64,000 nt of DNA from Octopus sinensis (GCF_006345805.1 NC_042999.1:112964001-113028000), one strand, 5' to 3'; numbered from the stretch's first letter, positions 24,415-36,530 are shown. Made by a program: numbers and translations. The notes: generated by a model not told the origin, from the sequence alone.

Positions 24415-24940
24415 TTCATTATAACTAATGAAATATTCCGCGTAATGTAAGAGAAATGAGTTAAAAAATTGTTTGGCGTGTGGCACAGCGCCTTTATTTT
24501 TGTGCTCGCTCCCTCTAACTTTAGAACCTGACTACATCTCTGGTTAGAATGATAACTTTCATTGGTTGAAGTGCACAGTATATGAAGTCATTTACATCCA
24601 TTATATTCTTAGTTTAGAATTTCTCTACTGACTTTAGTAGGTTTCAAATCCTGTTTCCTGACTGGGTGAAAATGATCAAACTCTATTTTTAGAAACATTT
24701 TCCGAGAAAAGATGAAATAACTCCAGCAATTCAGTTTTGGCAAGTGTATTATTGTACCAGCGTCAGAGTAACCAGTGAACATCGAAGGATCAATACCAAG
24801 TAGGAAGAAATATTATTTACATATATTTATTCGTTTGCCCGACAGGTAGAGGAAGAAATTGCTGTCTGCCAGTAGGGAGGGAAAGAGTAAGGAATGCACG
24901 GTGCCGACTAGAAAGGAAGAAAGGATAAAGGTGGCTCTGC

Positions 24941-24972
24941 TCTGATTGGCTGTATGCAAATAAATTCATTAC
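24941..24972. promoter_or_regulatory. CCAAT box plus octamer (ATGCAAAT) plus inverted TAATGAAT cluster
   Basis: TCTGATTGGCTGTATGCAAATAAATTCATTAC in apparently non-repetitive sequence. Motif match only. Confidence 0.3.
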
Positions 24973-26269
24973 TAGGATCCGGAACTCTCGTGGGAAAAAA
25001 ATTTCGCCGCACGGCGTGCTCACGATTCTGTCAGCTCACCTTAAATTAGAAAGGAATTTTAGTGACATAAGGGAAATGAAAATAGTTTCAAATAGGAATT
25101 GAAAGAGATTGGAAATGTAGCTCGCAGGAAAACTTAACAGCAATTATAATTATTTATTACGTGCACGACACAACCATCAGTTATAAAAAGGGGTTTGTGT
25201 AAGAAAATTAATGGCATGCATATTTTTTCTTGAGAGCATTTGTAACACAAATGAAATCAAATGGTAAACACCTGGAAAAAAAAGCAAAAAAAAACCCCAG
25301 AAATAATCTAACACCATTGAAGTAAATCAGGTGCAAGGAGATTGGAACAAATTATGAAAGATAGGAAAGCAGCGTTTTTCTCATGATTGGCAGCTGACAT
25401 ATCGATCGCTTTATTTTCCTCTACAAGATTTAAGACGGAGATTACAAATTCAGGTATTGCTGCTAAACCAACTTGACACAGTCTTTCTTATGTTTTGATC
25501 ATAATGGACAAAACAAGAAGTCGGGGAGATGGGGGCACTGTAACTGCTGCTGTTATCCCTCCGTATTTTATCATACCAATGCAGCTGTAATAGTTGTTGT
25601 TGATGATAATTATATGGTGATGATGATTTGCAACGACCATTAGTTCTGCTCTTTTCTACTTGCTCCCATACTGAGTCTTGTAGTTGTTGCTGTGTTGTCT
25701 CTAGTTAATCCTGATTGAACAGACATATCATTAAAAGCATTCCAGCAACGACGACACCATCTTTCCCCCCACGTGTATTGTGTACCTAGGACTACATTAC
25801 CAAATGCATTATTTTCCTTTGAGATTGTCGTAATGTTGATAATAGCTAGTATGCATAGAAGTGAAAATATCGTTGTTTTTATATTTAAAACTTGTACATA
25901 CATAAATGCATGCATGGATATATTCACACACACACATATGTATGTATGAATGCTATGTTATAAGCCCTTAACTCCTTGACAGTGTAGCAGTATAACATAC
26001 AGCATGTCTTAAGCACTTTAGGACCTGGCAAAGACCACCTCTTCCCAGATTTGATCACCATCAATTTAGTTTAGAAGAGAAAGAGACTGGCAGAAATAAT
26101 GAGTTAGAGAAAGAGATTGGTACAGGATCGATACTTTATTTATCGATTCGAATTAATGAAAGTCAAAGGCGATCTCTGCTAAAATAATTACCATAAAGCA
26201 ATCTATCTGACGCTATAACGAACCTATCAATATATATATAAACAGAGAGAGAGAGAGAGAGAGGAGAGA

Positions 26270-26304
<35 letters not shown>

Positions 26305-27137
26305 AGAGATTTCAACAACTAGATTTAAGCTAACAGCAAGGAACATTGCTACAAGGTTGGCGCTTTTAGAGGAAGGTCTGCAAATTTCTGCTGATAACAA
26401 TCCTAATCATGAAAATTACAAGCTTGCAATAAACTCAGTTTCCTCACTGAGCTGTACAAAGATATGACGCACTATAAGCACCAAATAATTTTGGAGTATA
26501 TAGATGGTTCCCAAGGGAGGTAACCATTTCTTCATAATATGAGGCGGAATCTGAAATTTGAATTTAAAATTAGGGAATTACGAGGGAAAAAAGTTCACGT
26601 TTAATTATTTTGTTTATTACGAAGTTCTTAAAATTTCATGACAGTGGTAATCATGGATAATACTATTTCATTCTTTTTAGAAATCTTTTACATGACATAA
26701 CACGTGAATTATTAAACATTGTTTTACGAAATGTGGCATTTCATTAAAAATGGAAATAATTACAGATTTGAGGGAATTCAAAGAATGTCCTTTTCTTTCC
26801 TTCCATAGCACATTATTTTGGAAATCGAGAGAAAAGTGAGTAAGTTGTTCGTGCTTACTTAAAAAAAAAAAAAAAAAAAGAAAGAAAGCTGTTTTGGATA
26901 AGTTCTTCACCCCATAAATAGATGTTGATGAGGCTGAACTATAAGATGGAAAATAGTGTCCCTCAGCTACCCAGTAACTTTCGTTCCATCAACACCTTCA
27001 GACTGTAGTCTGACAGTTTTTGTGGTAAGTACGTACCCTACTGCGATATTACTCCAAAAAAACGCATATTGCCTCCAGCAAACCCAAAAGTGGTGCCCCT
27101 TTAAAAATGTCGCCCCTACCACCATCTTGCTACGGTA

Positions 27138-27191
<54 letters not shown>

Positions 27192-27219
27192 AAATGGATG
27201 CGTCGCGTTTAGTTAAATA

Positions 27220-27287
<68 letters not shown>

Positions 27288-27447
27288 CTATATATATATA
27301 TATATATTATATAAAAGGGCTTAGTAAAATAAATTACTTTGCCGCATACTTGAACTCATTAGAAATAGCAGCTAAAAAAACTTTTTTAAAAAACTTTTTT
27401 AAAAAACTTTTTTAAGCTAAAAAAACTTAGCAGCTCATTATATATAT

Positions 27448-27826
27448 GCATATATGGGTACAGGACGTCACCAACGGGGCAAATAGCATGAAATACGTAA
27501 ACAACGACAAAAAATGGAAAACGGGACAAATTAACACAGAAAAACGATCTCAATCAGTTGTCAGCTGTCTATCTACTCCTCATTTCGAGCATTCAACGAC
27601 AATATGAGTTTTCAAAGACAGTTACTCCCATAAATTCTAAAATAAAATTTAGGATTTATGGAGGGTCAAAGTTGAGAAAAAAAAAGGCAGTGGAAACATA
27701 CAAAAAAACCGAACATCTGATGAAGGGTCCTTTTTCTATGTTAACTTGTCCTGTTTTCCATTTTTTTCGTTGTTTACGTATTTCATGTTATTTGCACTGT
27801 TGGTAACGTCCTGTATCTAAATATGC
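27448..27826. mobile_element. Foldback/MITE-like element, ~97-bp inverted arms
   Basis: 27448-27544 is the reverse complement of 27731-27826 with about 12 mismatches. A related single arm lies at ~8845-8970. Confidence 0.8.
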
Positions 27827-27878
27827 ATGTGTGTGAGTGTGTATGTATATATATATATATATATATTATACACACACA

Positions 27879-28030
27879 TAGGCACAGGAGTGGCTGAGTA
27901 GTAAGAAGCTTGCTTCCCAACCACATGGTTTCGGGTTCAGCCCTACTGGGTAATTATCTTCTATTATAGCCTCGGGCTAACCAAAGCCTTGTGAGTGGAT
28001 TTGGTAGACAGAAACTGAAACAAGCCCGTC
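27879..28030 (+). mobile_element. SINE family B, 5' half
   Basis: GGCACAGGAGTGGCTGAGTAGTAAGAAGCTTGCTTCCCAACCACATGGTTTCGGGTTCAG...GCCTTGTGAGTGGATTTGGTAGACAGAAACTGAA. Confidence 0.88.
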
Positions 28031-28254
28031 AAATAATTCACGAAAAAACAAATTACGAAGATACCATTCACTCTATTATTATCTAGTGTAACAATTGAAA
28101 AATGATAATAACAGAATCAATAATATAGACGATTGCAAGCCCCCAAAAGGCATCAAATAGCTGAAGGATTAAAATTAATTAAAGGACACAGTGAGTATGC
28201 TTTCCTGCTGGAAATAACAGTCAAAACCCTTATTTAAACCGCCAAAATACATAC

Positions 28255-28347
<93 letters not shown>

Positions 28348-28437
28348 TGTGTGTAATAATAGTAGGGAATATAATTCCAAAACTTACAGGGAAAAGTACA
28401 ATTTAACAATTTTAAATCAAATTTCGCAATATATAAT

Positions 28438-28594
28438 ATATGTATATAATTTAGAGAAAAACCTCTATTAAACAATTCAAAAAAGAAAGAGGTTATTCAC
28501 ACCACATAGAAAACATATACTATAAAAAACCTTATTCTAAAAATCAATAAAGTACAATAAATTATATATTACAGACACACACACAGACACAGAC

Positions 28595-28667
<73 letters not shown>

Positions 28668-28924
28668 GGCGTGCCTGAGTGACTATATTTTTAAATAGAA
28701 TTTTAGTTCGATTTAATTTTAAATCGAATTGATTTTATTATTATTATCTATTTGAAAATATAGCTATGAAAAGTGCGTTGTCTTTTTACTACTATTTACT
28801 ATTTATTGTACTTTATTGATTTTTAGAATGAATTTTTTTTATAGTATATGTTTTCTATATGGTGTGAATAACATCTTTCTTTATTGAATTGTTTAATAGA
28901 AGTTTTTCTCTAAAATATACATAT
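28438..28924. repeat. Inverted repeat, ~125-bp arms around a (CA)n-containing spacer
   Basis: 28438-28562 is the reverse complement of 28801-28924 (about 90% by eye). Confidence 0.85.
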
Positions 28925-28967
28925 ATATTTGTGTGTCTGTGTTTGTCCCCCACCACCATCACTTGAC

Positions 28968-30515
28968 AAGATGATGGCGTGTGTAGAATAAATAATCATC
29001 ACGATATAGATTTCCATTGATGCTTGGGAATTGGTCTGCCATTTCATAAAGTATATATATACCGACCAAATCTGCTATTTGGGCTGAATCAGAACTTCTC
29101 ATCGTGACATCAAAACCATCGGGTGTATCTTTACGGACCCGCAGCTTGTTATCAAATTTTATGATAGATTTTCTGACGGCCAACACAACATTAATCTCTT
29201 CCCTGGTGAGACCAGCTTTGTTGTGAGTTATCCAGAGTGCCTTGTTAAGTACTAATGGGTTGATGGAGGAATAGAAACTAGAAATGTCAAACTGGATAAA
29301 CTTAGTGCTCTTCTTATTAGTATTAAAACTAAACCAGTCAACGACTTGGAACGAATTGGACCATAAATTAAGCTTTAATTTTTTAAAACTAAGGTAAGAA
29401 TATATTTATCTAGAATATTTTTACTAAGCACAGCGATGTCAGAGCTAGGAGGACAGATAAGTCGTTAGGATGGATTATTAAAAAAATTTTGTTTATGATC
29501 TTTTAAAATAAAACGAGGTTACTTAAGAACAAGTGGTTCTGTCTTCATCCGTAAGTCATACTTCTCCATAATTTTCTTAGCCTCATGGTTGGCTTGCCTG
29601 AGTGCACCTTTACCGGTAATCCTATAGTTTTTTAAAATTTCTTTTTTAATCACTTCTAGGTAATAGTCCTTGGTAAGTTTGTACAGGTTTCCCGTTTTAT
29701 CTGATTGAACCAGTATTCTATCCATGCTATGAATTTCCTTGGTGATATTGTGAAGATACTTCTTTTTTTTATATAGGTAGTTCTTCTTCTCAGTTATCTA
29801 AAAGAATTTCTAATCATTACTCTACATTTAGGGATAGTAATAAATGCAACAATACAGGGCTTAGTAAATTAATTTGGTATCTAAAAGATCATAATAAACA
29901 ATTTAATTTAGATTAGTTGATTCTCTCCATTTCATTCGCATACGATAAAGGCAAAGAATTCTGCCAACCTGTAATAGTGAACTCCTTTATATTCTATTTT
30001 GTAAGAATCCCCTTGTAAACACGTTTATAGAGTGTGCTTATCGATGTAAATATTAGCAGAAACATACCTTTAGTTCATATAAGTGATATCTACCATTCTA
30101 TATAATTTGAACATTGGTTTTCTTCTTGCATTTCCCTTCCACTAGATATATCTATTTCCAAGCCTTTAAGCTTTTATTTTAATTCCCATATCGCTCTATA
30201 TTTCTCCTTTATTAGTTTTCTGCTTTTTTCTTTCCTTTACCTCTTTTTTTTTCTATAGGCTACCTTTGACGTTATATCTTCTAACGGTTTAAAAAAAACC
30301 CAACTTAATAGCGTTCCGTTCATCATTATACACATTTATCACATTTTGTTAAAATGTCTTATTGATGAGTATGGTTTCTTTCTTTCCTTCTTTCCTTGAT
30401 GAGAAGATTACATTGTTTTACACCATTTTATTCCTTTTGGAATAATACCAATGTTGTCTTCGAAACATATGTTGGAAGTAAAAGAATTTGAATAATACCT
30501 GCGTTTAACTCCATT

Positions 30516-30520
<5 letters not shown>
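28968..30520 (-). mobile_element. Penelope-like element (PLE) RT relic with terminal repeat
   Basis: Minus strand: ILVQSDKTGNLY (KADKT-like), FILKDHK.NF.NNPS.RLI, KFIQFDISSFY (motif A), DGFDVTMRSSDSAQIADLVGIYIL...NLYRDD. Truncated just after YRDD; many stops. Confidence 0.85.
30391..30478 (+). ncRNA. Type I hammerhead ribozyme motif (C3U), long stem II
   Basis: UUUCC-UUGAUGA-GAAGAUUACAUUG...CAAUGUUGUCUUC-GAAA-CAUAUG-UU-GGAAG: stem I 5 bp, stem II 13 bp with one mismatch, palindromic ACAUAUGU stem III. Confidence 0.68.
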
Positions 30521-30590
<70 letters not shown>

Positions 30591-30592
<2 letters not shown>

Positions 30593-30800
30593 CGCAGGAG
30601 TGGCTGTGTGGTAAGTAGCTTGCTTACGAACTACATGGTTCTGGGTTCAGTCCCACTTAGCGGTTCGGCAAAAGAGACCGATAGAATAAGTACTAGGCTT
30701 ACAAAGAATAAAATCCCGGGGTCGAGTTGCTCGATTAAAGGCGGTGCTCCAGCATGGCCGCAGTAAAATGACTGAAACAAGTAAAAAGAGAAAAAAAAGA
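30591..30800 (+). mobile_element. SINE family B with internal deletion
   Basis: Head GGCGCAGGAGTGGCTGTGTGGTAAG...CAGTCCCACT joined directly to TAGCGGTTCGGCAAAAGAGACC and the tail. Confidence 0.9.
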
Positions 30801-31551
30801 AATATATATATGTAAAAGCCTTGTACATACATTTGCTAGAATCAGTAAGAATGATGTATAAGGTGTCGTCTCTATATCAGATAAATGGTAAAACTGAGTC
30901 ACGTCCAAGGAAGAATATGTAGGCCAGGGAAACCGAAAAACCAGCTCTATGCTCTTTGCGGAGTAATGTGGCGTAACTCTCTATATTAGAACAGATGGTG
31001 ATATCTGGAATGACTTTAATTATAGGTTTCATCGGTTCGGGCTGCCATAGGGTAAACAACAACAACGACGACGACGACGACGACGGCGACAACAACAACA
31101 ACAACAACAGCAGCAGCAGCAGCAGCAATACCAACATCCTACATGTTCATTTTTCATTCAATCTTCTTTCTTATTCCACTAGCTTCTATTAACCCAGAAT
31201 AAAACATAATTTCTTAACGCTGATAAACATTTGCAACAAAAACAAACAAACAAAAAGGAAAGAATCAAAAAAGCGAAAATTACAAAAAACAAAGCCAAAA
31301 CAAGGTTTCTAGGTTCGAAATCGAGAGTGTTTTCTCTGATAACCATATAGGTATTTGTGAACTGAAACCTTATATTCAACATTGGATCGCATGTCCCAGC
31401 GAGACTGACAAAACACAATTTGGCAGCAGATAAAAAGATACATTTTTAGTTTATGTTGCAACACAAGTGCAGTTTACAATATACGTTTTTTTAGTTAATA
31501 AGATACACGTACACACATTCAAATACACATATATACCCAAATATATATATA

Positions 31552-31653
<102 letters not shown>

Positions 31654-31939
31654 ACAAATACACACACACGCACACAAACAGAGTGTACTGGCAAATCACC
31701 AGAGTGTCGGAAGAAAAAGTGTCTTGCAGTATTTCTTCCAGTTTTCTACGATCTGAGTTCAAATCCAACCAACATCGAATTGCCTTTCATCTTTCTGAAG
31801 TCGATATATAATTACCAGTCAAGCACTGTGGTCCAGTCTTCTAAGTCTCTTGGAGTGGACGCTGTGACAAAAAAAAAAAAAAAAACGCTGCAAGAACCAT
31901 TTTGAAACGAAATGAAGAAAGATGTGTATGAGTTATAAC

Positions 31940-32120
31940 GGTTTCAAATAATGGCACAAGGTCAGCAATTTCGGAGAAAAAGGGTTAGTCGATTACATTG
32001 ATTCCAGTGTTCGACTGGTACTTATTTTATCGACCCGAAAGTATGAAAGGCAAAGTTGGCCTCGCCAGAATTGGAACTTAGAACATCAAGACGAACGAAA
32101 TGCCGCTAAACGTTTTATCT
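31940..32120 (-). mobile_element. SINE family A
   Basis: GTCGATTACATTGATTCCAGTG..ACTGGTACTTATTTTATCGACCCGAAAGTATGAAAGGCAAAG; partial copies also at 31690-31810 and 32870-32940. Confidence 0.8.
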
Positions 32121-32959
32121 GTAAATAATAATAGTATTTTATAAGCTTAAAGCTTATAAGCGATCACCGCGCAATGACTAAAGAGAATACTCTAATAATG
32201 GGGCATATAAACCCCTCGACAGGAAAAAAAGGTAGGTTTTCCTGTACGCCTGGGACTAGAACCCACACCTCTTTGTTTACGTGACCAAGTGTGTAACCGT
32301 TATACCAACGAACCAATCTGCCTCTTTCCGTGTGTGTGTATGTGTCTCGGGCTTCTGGACGCCTGTCTGTATACATAATTTGCGCATAAGATAGGATGTT
32401 ATAACTGGAACGATATATATAATCGGATCACCTACTTTCAGCTTCTGTTATTTATCAAAAATATCATTGAATGGAAAATGCAATCGCGATCAAGCTGAGC
32501 CCAATTTATTTATATAGCGTTAGGGAGCACTGACATATTGTATTTATAAACAGATTTTTCTGAAACCTAATATTCAGGAAAATAGTGCTCATGATTGTTT
32601 TCAGTGATTTCTGGGAGTGGGGGCGGGAAGAAGTATCTTGAAGCTTGAGAACTGACTCGCGTCCTTGCAACAAAGTGGATTCTACAAAAAGCACACAATG
32701 ATTAGATGGAGCTGTTAAACAAAGCAATGATTAAATCTACCGCCCAAGTAGTTCATGGTAAGACTACTGAGTTCATGGTAAGACTTGAACTCAGAACGCA
32801 AATAATCGGAACAAATACTGCAACACCTCCTAACGAATCCAATAGTCTACCGCTCCAGACCACTACGTTATCTATCCGCTCTAGAGTGATGAAAGGCAAA
32901 GTCGGTCACGATGAGATTTGAACTTAGAACGCAAAGAATCAGAATTAGTACTATGGTAT

Positions 32960-33168
32960 TTATTTTCTACTCTGGGCATAAGGCCTGAAATTCTGCGGGG
33001 AAGGGCTATTCAATTACATTAACCCTAGCACTCAAATGGTACTTATTTCATCGCCCTCGAAAGAATGAAAAGCAAAGTAGACCTCGATGGAATCTAAACT
33101 CAGAAGATAAAAGCGAACGAAATGCCGCTAAGTATTTTGTCCGACGTTCTTAAAATTTTACCAGCTGT
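32960..33168 (-). mobile_element. SINE family A, degraded
   Basis: CTACTCTGGGCATAAGGCCTGAAATT...GAATGAAAAGCAAAGTAGACCTCG...GAAATGCCGCTAAG. Confidence 0.75.
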
Positions 33169-34667
33169 GAAAATAGATCCTTGTCCCGTGTAATCTTGTT
33201 AAAAATTTAGTTTAATATCAAGATTTTTCTGGTTAAAAGAAGATAATAACTTTATGTAGAAGCTTCTTCATCGCCACCATACCTCTCATATATTACTACA
33301 ATATATTCCCATATGTATCAGCATGACTCCATAAAAAAAAATATATTCATACCAACCTAAACTTTAAGAATGTATATAACTTAGACAGGATGAGTTAACG
33401 AAAAAGCCTCTATGTAGTCGTCCAATCTAGTGGAAATAACAACCAATTTTACTTCAAATCATACGTTATCATCTTCAAAAGAAAGGACATACTGGACTGG
33501 ATAATGCAGACTAGGGAATAAGAGCAGATAAGATCAGTAATAGCTGGACATCTTTGATCATAAATCTCTTTGATCAGAGCTTACCTGGGGCTAAATAACA
33601 TAGACGGTGTTGTTAACAGCTAGAACGTCGCTAGAACGACGGGGTTTCTATCCGAGCATAAATGTCTGTTCGAGTATAGCTGAGTGCATGTGTAGTGGGT
33701 GGGTTACTAAATACCAACAACATCATCAACGTTAAAACAAGTACGACAATCAGAAGTCTGCAACTGATATTTTTACTACAGCTGTTAACGCCAGAACGAT
33801 ACCACCAAAACTATAAACACTACCAGCATGTCACTACCTCCACCATCTCCATCACTATTACCACAGAAAAAAAAATACCGCCAAAAAACAAAAAAAAAAA
33901 CAAAAATACAAAAAACTCCAAGTAAAATCTTTTAGCTGTCAGATTTTTGCCAATTTTTGCTCCGATTATCCTTTAATATTTTATGAATTAAAAAAATCTC
34001 TCTTGTCACCACACACACACTGCATTTATTTCTTCAGCTTGTCTTACTCATGTCTGCATCATTTTTCTCTCTTATCTTTCTGTTTCTATTTTCCCCTTCC
34101 TTTCCCTGTCCATCTTCTGTCTTTTCTATCTTCTCTCTTTTACTCCTTTCAGCTGCTTTCTCTCTCTTTGAATCTCTGATCTCTCTTCTGACACTCTTCG
34201 CCTCTCTCTGTCCCCCAAATCTATATATCTTTCTCTTTCCTTTCTCTACTTTCTCTCTCTGTCCCAGTTTTCCTACTGTTTATCGGTTTGTCTTCTCCCT
34301 TTGTCTTTATTTCTAGCTTTGCCCTCTTTCCCTTTCCTTTCATTCATTTCTTCCACCTTCCTTCTTCAGATCCGACAAGTTCTTTTGGGCTCCGGGTAAT
34401 TTCGTTCAACGCACATTTCATTGGCTCGATTTCAATTCGAATAAAATGCATTTTACTCTGTCTTTAAGAAAAGCACGAACCTCATAGAATTTAATTTCTC
34501 TTTATCAAAAACCTTGTAGACTTGTGAATATAATACCATCAGTACAAGTAATTAGTTTTGAGTTTTCTAAGTTCCTTCAATCAACAACTATGACTTAGTT
34601 TCCAATGATAAAAAAAAAAAAAATCAGCAAATTGGTTTAATTTTTTTTGGCGCATCTTAATGTCGTC

Positions 34668-34875
34668 GTTGTTGTTTAGTTTCAGGTCAAACACTTATCA
34701 TCAGACCTTTTATCAAATGCATTCCGGCCGTGATCATATATCCTGTCTTTTCCCAGCGTGCAATGAACTTGTGATTACATTATCTAACATGTCTTTATTT
34801 TTTTCTAAAGATAGCAAGGTGTGATTTGAGGGAGATTAAGTTGTTATTTCAAGCAGATCAAGCGACAATATAGAT
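34668..34875 (-). repeat. Unclassified ~200-bp dispersed repeat (family X), representative copy
   Basis: Shared GTGATTTGAGGGAGATT..TATTTC.AGCAG.TC.AGC and GTTGTTTAG....AGGTCA. Other copies at ~21098-21300, 33405-33600, 36655-36830, 37005-37145, 44985-45128, 48452-48660 and 49885-50078. Confidence 0.75.
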
Positions 34876-34937
34876 GATCCCACGTTGTTGTTTGCTATTT
34901 TACTCGTTATTGTTGATGTTGCTGCTGCTGCTGCTGC

Positions 34938-34966
<29 letters not shown>

Positions 34967-34968
<2 letters not shown>

Positions 34969-35558
34969 CTTCTTCTTCTTCTTCTTCTTCTTCTTCTTCT
35001 TCTTCTTCTTCTTCTCTTCTTCTTCTTCTTCTTCTTCTTCTTCTTCTTCTTCTTCTTCTTCTTCTTCTTCTTCTTCTTCCAATCAGGACTCACGCCATTA
35101 GCCACAAATAATAATCTCTAATTCGAGCCTACTCTAAGCTACTAAGAATGCGGGTGGCAACTTGAAGATCTACCCACCACACGCGATAGACTGGCGGTTG
35201 CACGGGCGCGAAAGCTACGTTGTTGTCCTCATTCCGTAAGCGGTGGCTTTTAACGGGCGGAGAGCTGAACCGTCCTGGAGTACAGAGGATTCGCAATCTA
35301 GACTAGGGTCTGAAAGTTTACCACACCATAGTGGGTTACACCACAGTTCCTCTGCTTTGTGGCAGAAGTAGGAAGAAAGAGTGAGAGAAAGTTGTGGTGA
35401 AAGTGTACAGCGGGGTTCACCACCCCTCCCCGCCCGAGCCTCGTGGAGCTTAGGTGTTTTTGCTCAATAAACACTCACAATGCCCGGTCTAGGAGTCGAA
35501 ACCGCGCTCTTACGACGGCGAGTCCGTTGCCCTAACCACTAGGCCATTGCGCCTCCAC
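34967..35558 (-). mobile_element. SINE family D (tRNA head, GC-rich body, (GAA)n tail)
   Basis: GTGGAGGCGCAATGGCCTAGTGGTTAGGGC...GGTTTCGACTCCTAGACCGGGC (A and B boxes); ends GGCGTGAGTCCTGATTG(GAA)n. Confidence 0.82.
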
Positions 35559-36344
35559 TGCTGTTGTCAGCGTCTTCAAATCTTCGGCAGTTCACCTATT
35601 TCTTCGACAGGAAATATTTACAAGATGAATTGAGCCCTGAAGAGTCTCCCTCTCCCCCATCCCATCTCTCTCTCTATATATATGTATACATGCATGCATG
35701 TTTGTATATATGCATACATGTATGTATATATGCATGTTTAATGAGATTTTGATGAATGTTGAGCTTCTCCCCTGCGGGACTATTTGTAAAGTTCGGAGAG
35801 TTGTTTGAATGTTTCAATGTTTCAGTCCTCTTGACATTTAAAGCTGACAGAACCATACATATTAATTGTCACTTAATAGCACTAAGTTCTGTTGAACATT
35901 TATAAAATAAAAATAAATTTTAAAAAATTGCAATATTATTTCTTCCCAAACGCATGTATGCTCTTCTCACATGCACACGCATACACACAGACTTTACCCA
36001 CACATACAACCACAGCTCTCTTTCTCACTCTTCTCTGCTGCGCATACATACATATACAACTACAAACACGCACACGCACGCTCATTCTAAATACTTGCCG
36101 AATATTCAGTATCATTCGCATTTGCCAATTCTTTTAATCTTTTTTCACGATAATACTAATTTCTTCGATTTCATTCCTTGTTACTGTTTTTCGTTTTCTT
36201 TTATTCCACAGTTGCCATGTTGGGTACTGCAATCAAAGAATAAAGAAGTTCTTTAAATCGTTATTCATACCTTTCTTAAATATAGGCAAACCGCTTTATT
36301 AACTTATTTCCTTATATATTTTTTTTTACGTATTTTAGGGTAAG

Positions 36345-36530
36345 AGGCCGATGGACTGGCAGAATCGTTAGAGCATCACATATTTCTCAAAGCCTTGCGA
36401 TATTTCCTTCGGATCTTTACGTTCTGATTTCAAATCCCATCGAGGTCAACTGTGCCTTTCATCCTTCCAGGATTAATAAAATAAAGAACCAGTCAACTAC
36501 TGGAATAAATTTAATCAATCGATATCCTCG
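36345..36530 (+). mobile_element. SINE family A, degraded
   Basis: CTGGCAGAATCGTTAGAGC...TTACGTTCTGATTTCAAATCCCATCGAGGTCAACTGTGCCTTTCATCCTT. Confidence 0.75.

Noticed and set aside
22373-27136. AGTGGCGTAGCTA (22373) and GCTACGGTAGTG (~27129) as the two ends of one element
   Set aside because: Match is short and imperfect and the 4.7-kb interior is heterogeneous; more likely independent relics.
34836-35121. Poly-K/R/E/L/F ORFs
   Set aside because: Translations of the (GAA)n/(CAA)n/(CAG)n compound repeat at the SINE D tail.
35480-35558. tRNA genes at the SINE heads (also 45947, 57640, 12893)
   Set aside because: A and B boxes are present, but there is no complete cloverleaf or acceptor stem and each continues into a SINE body.
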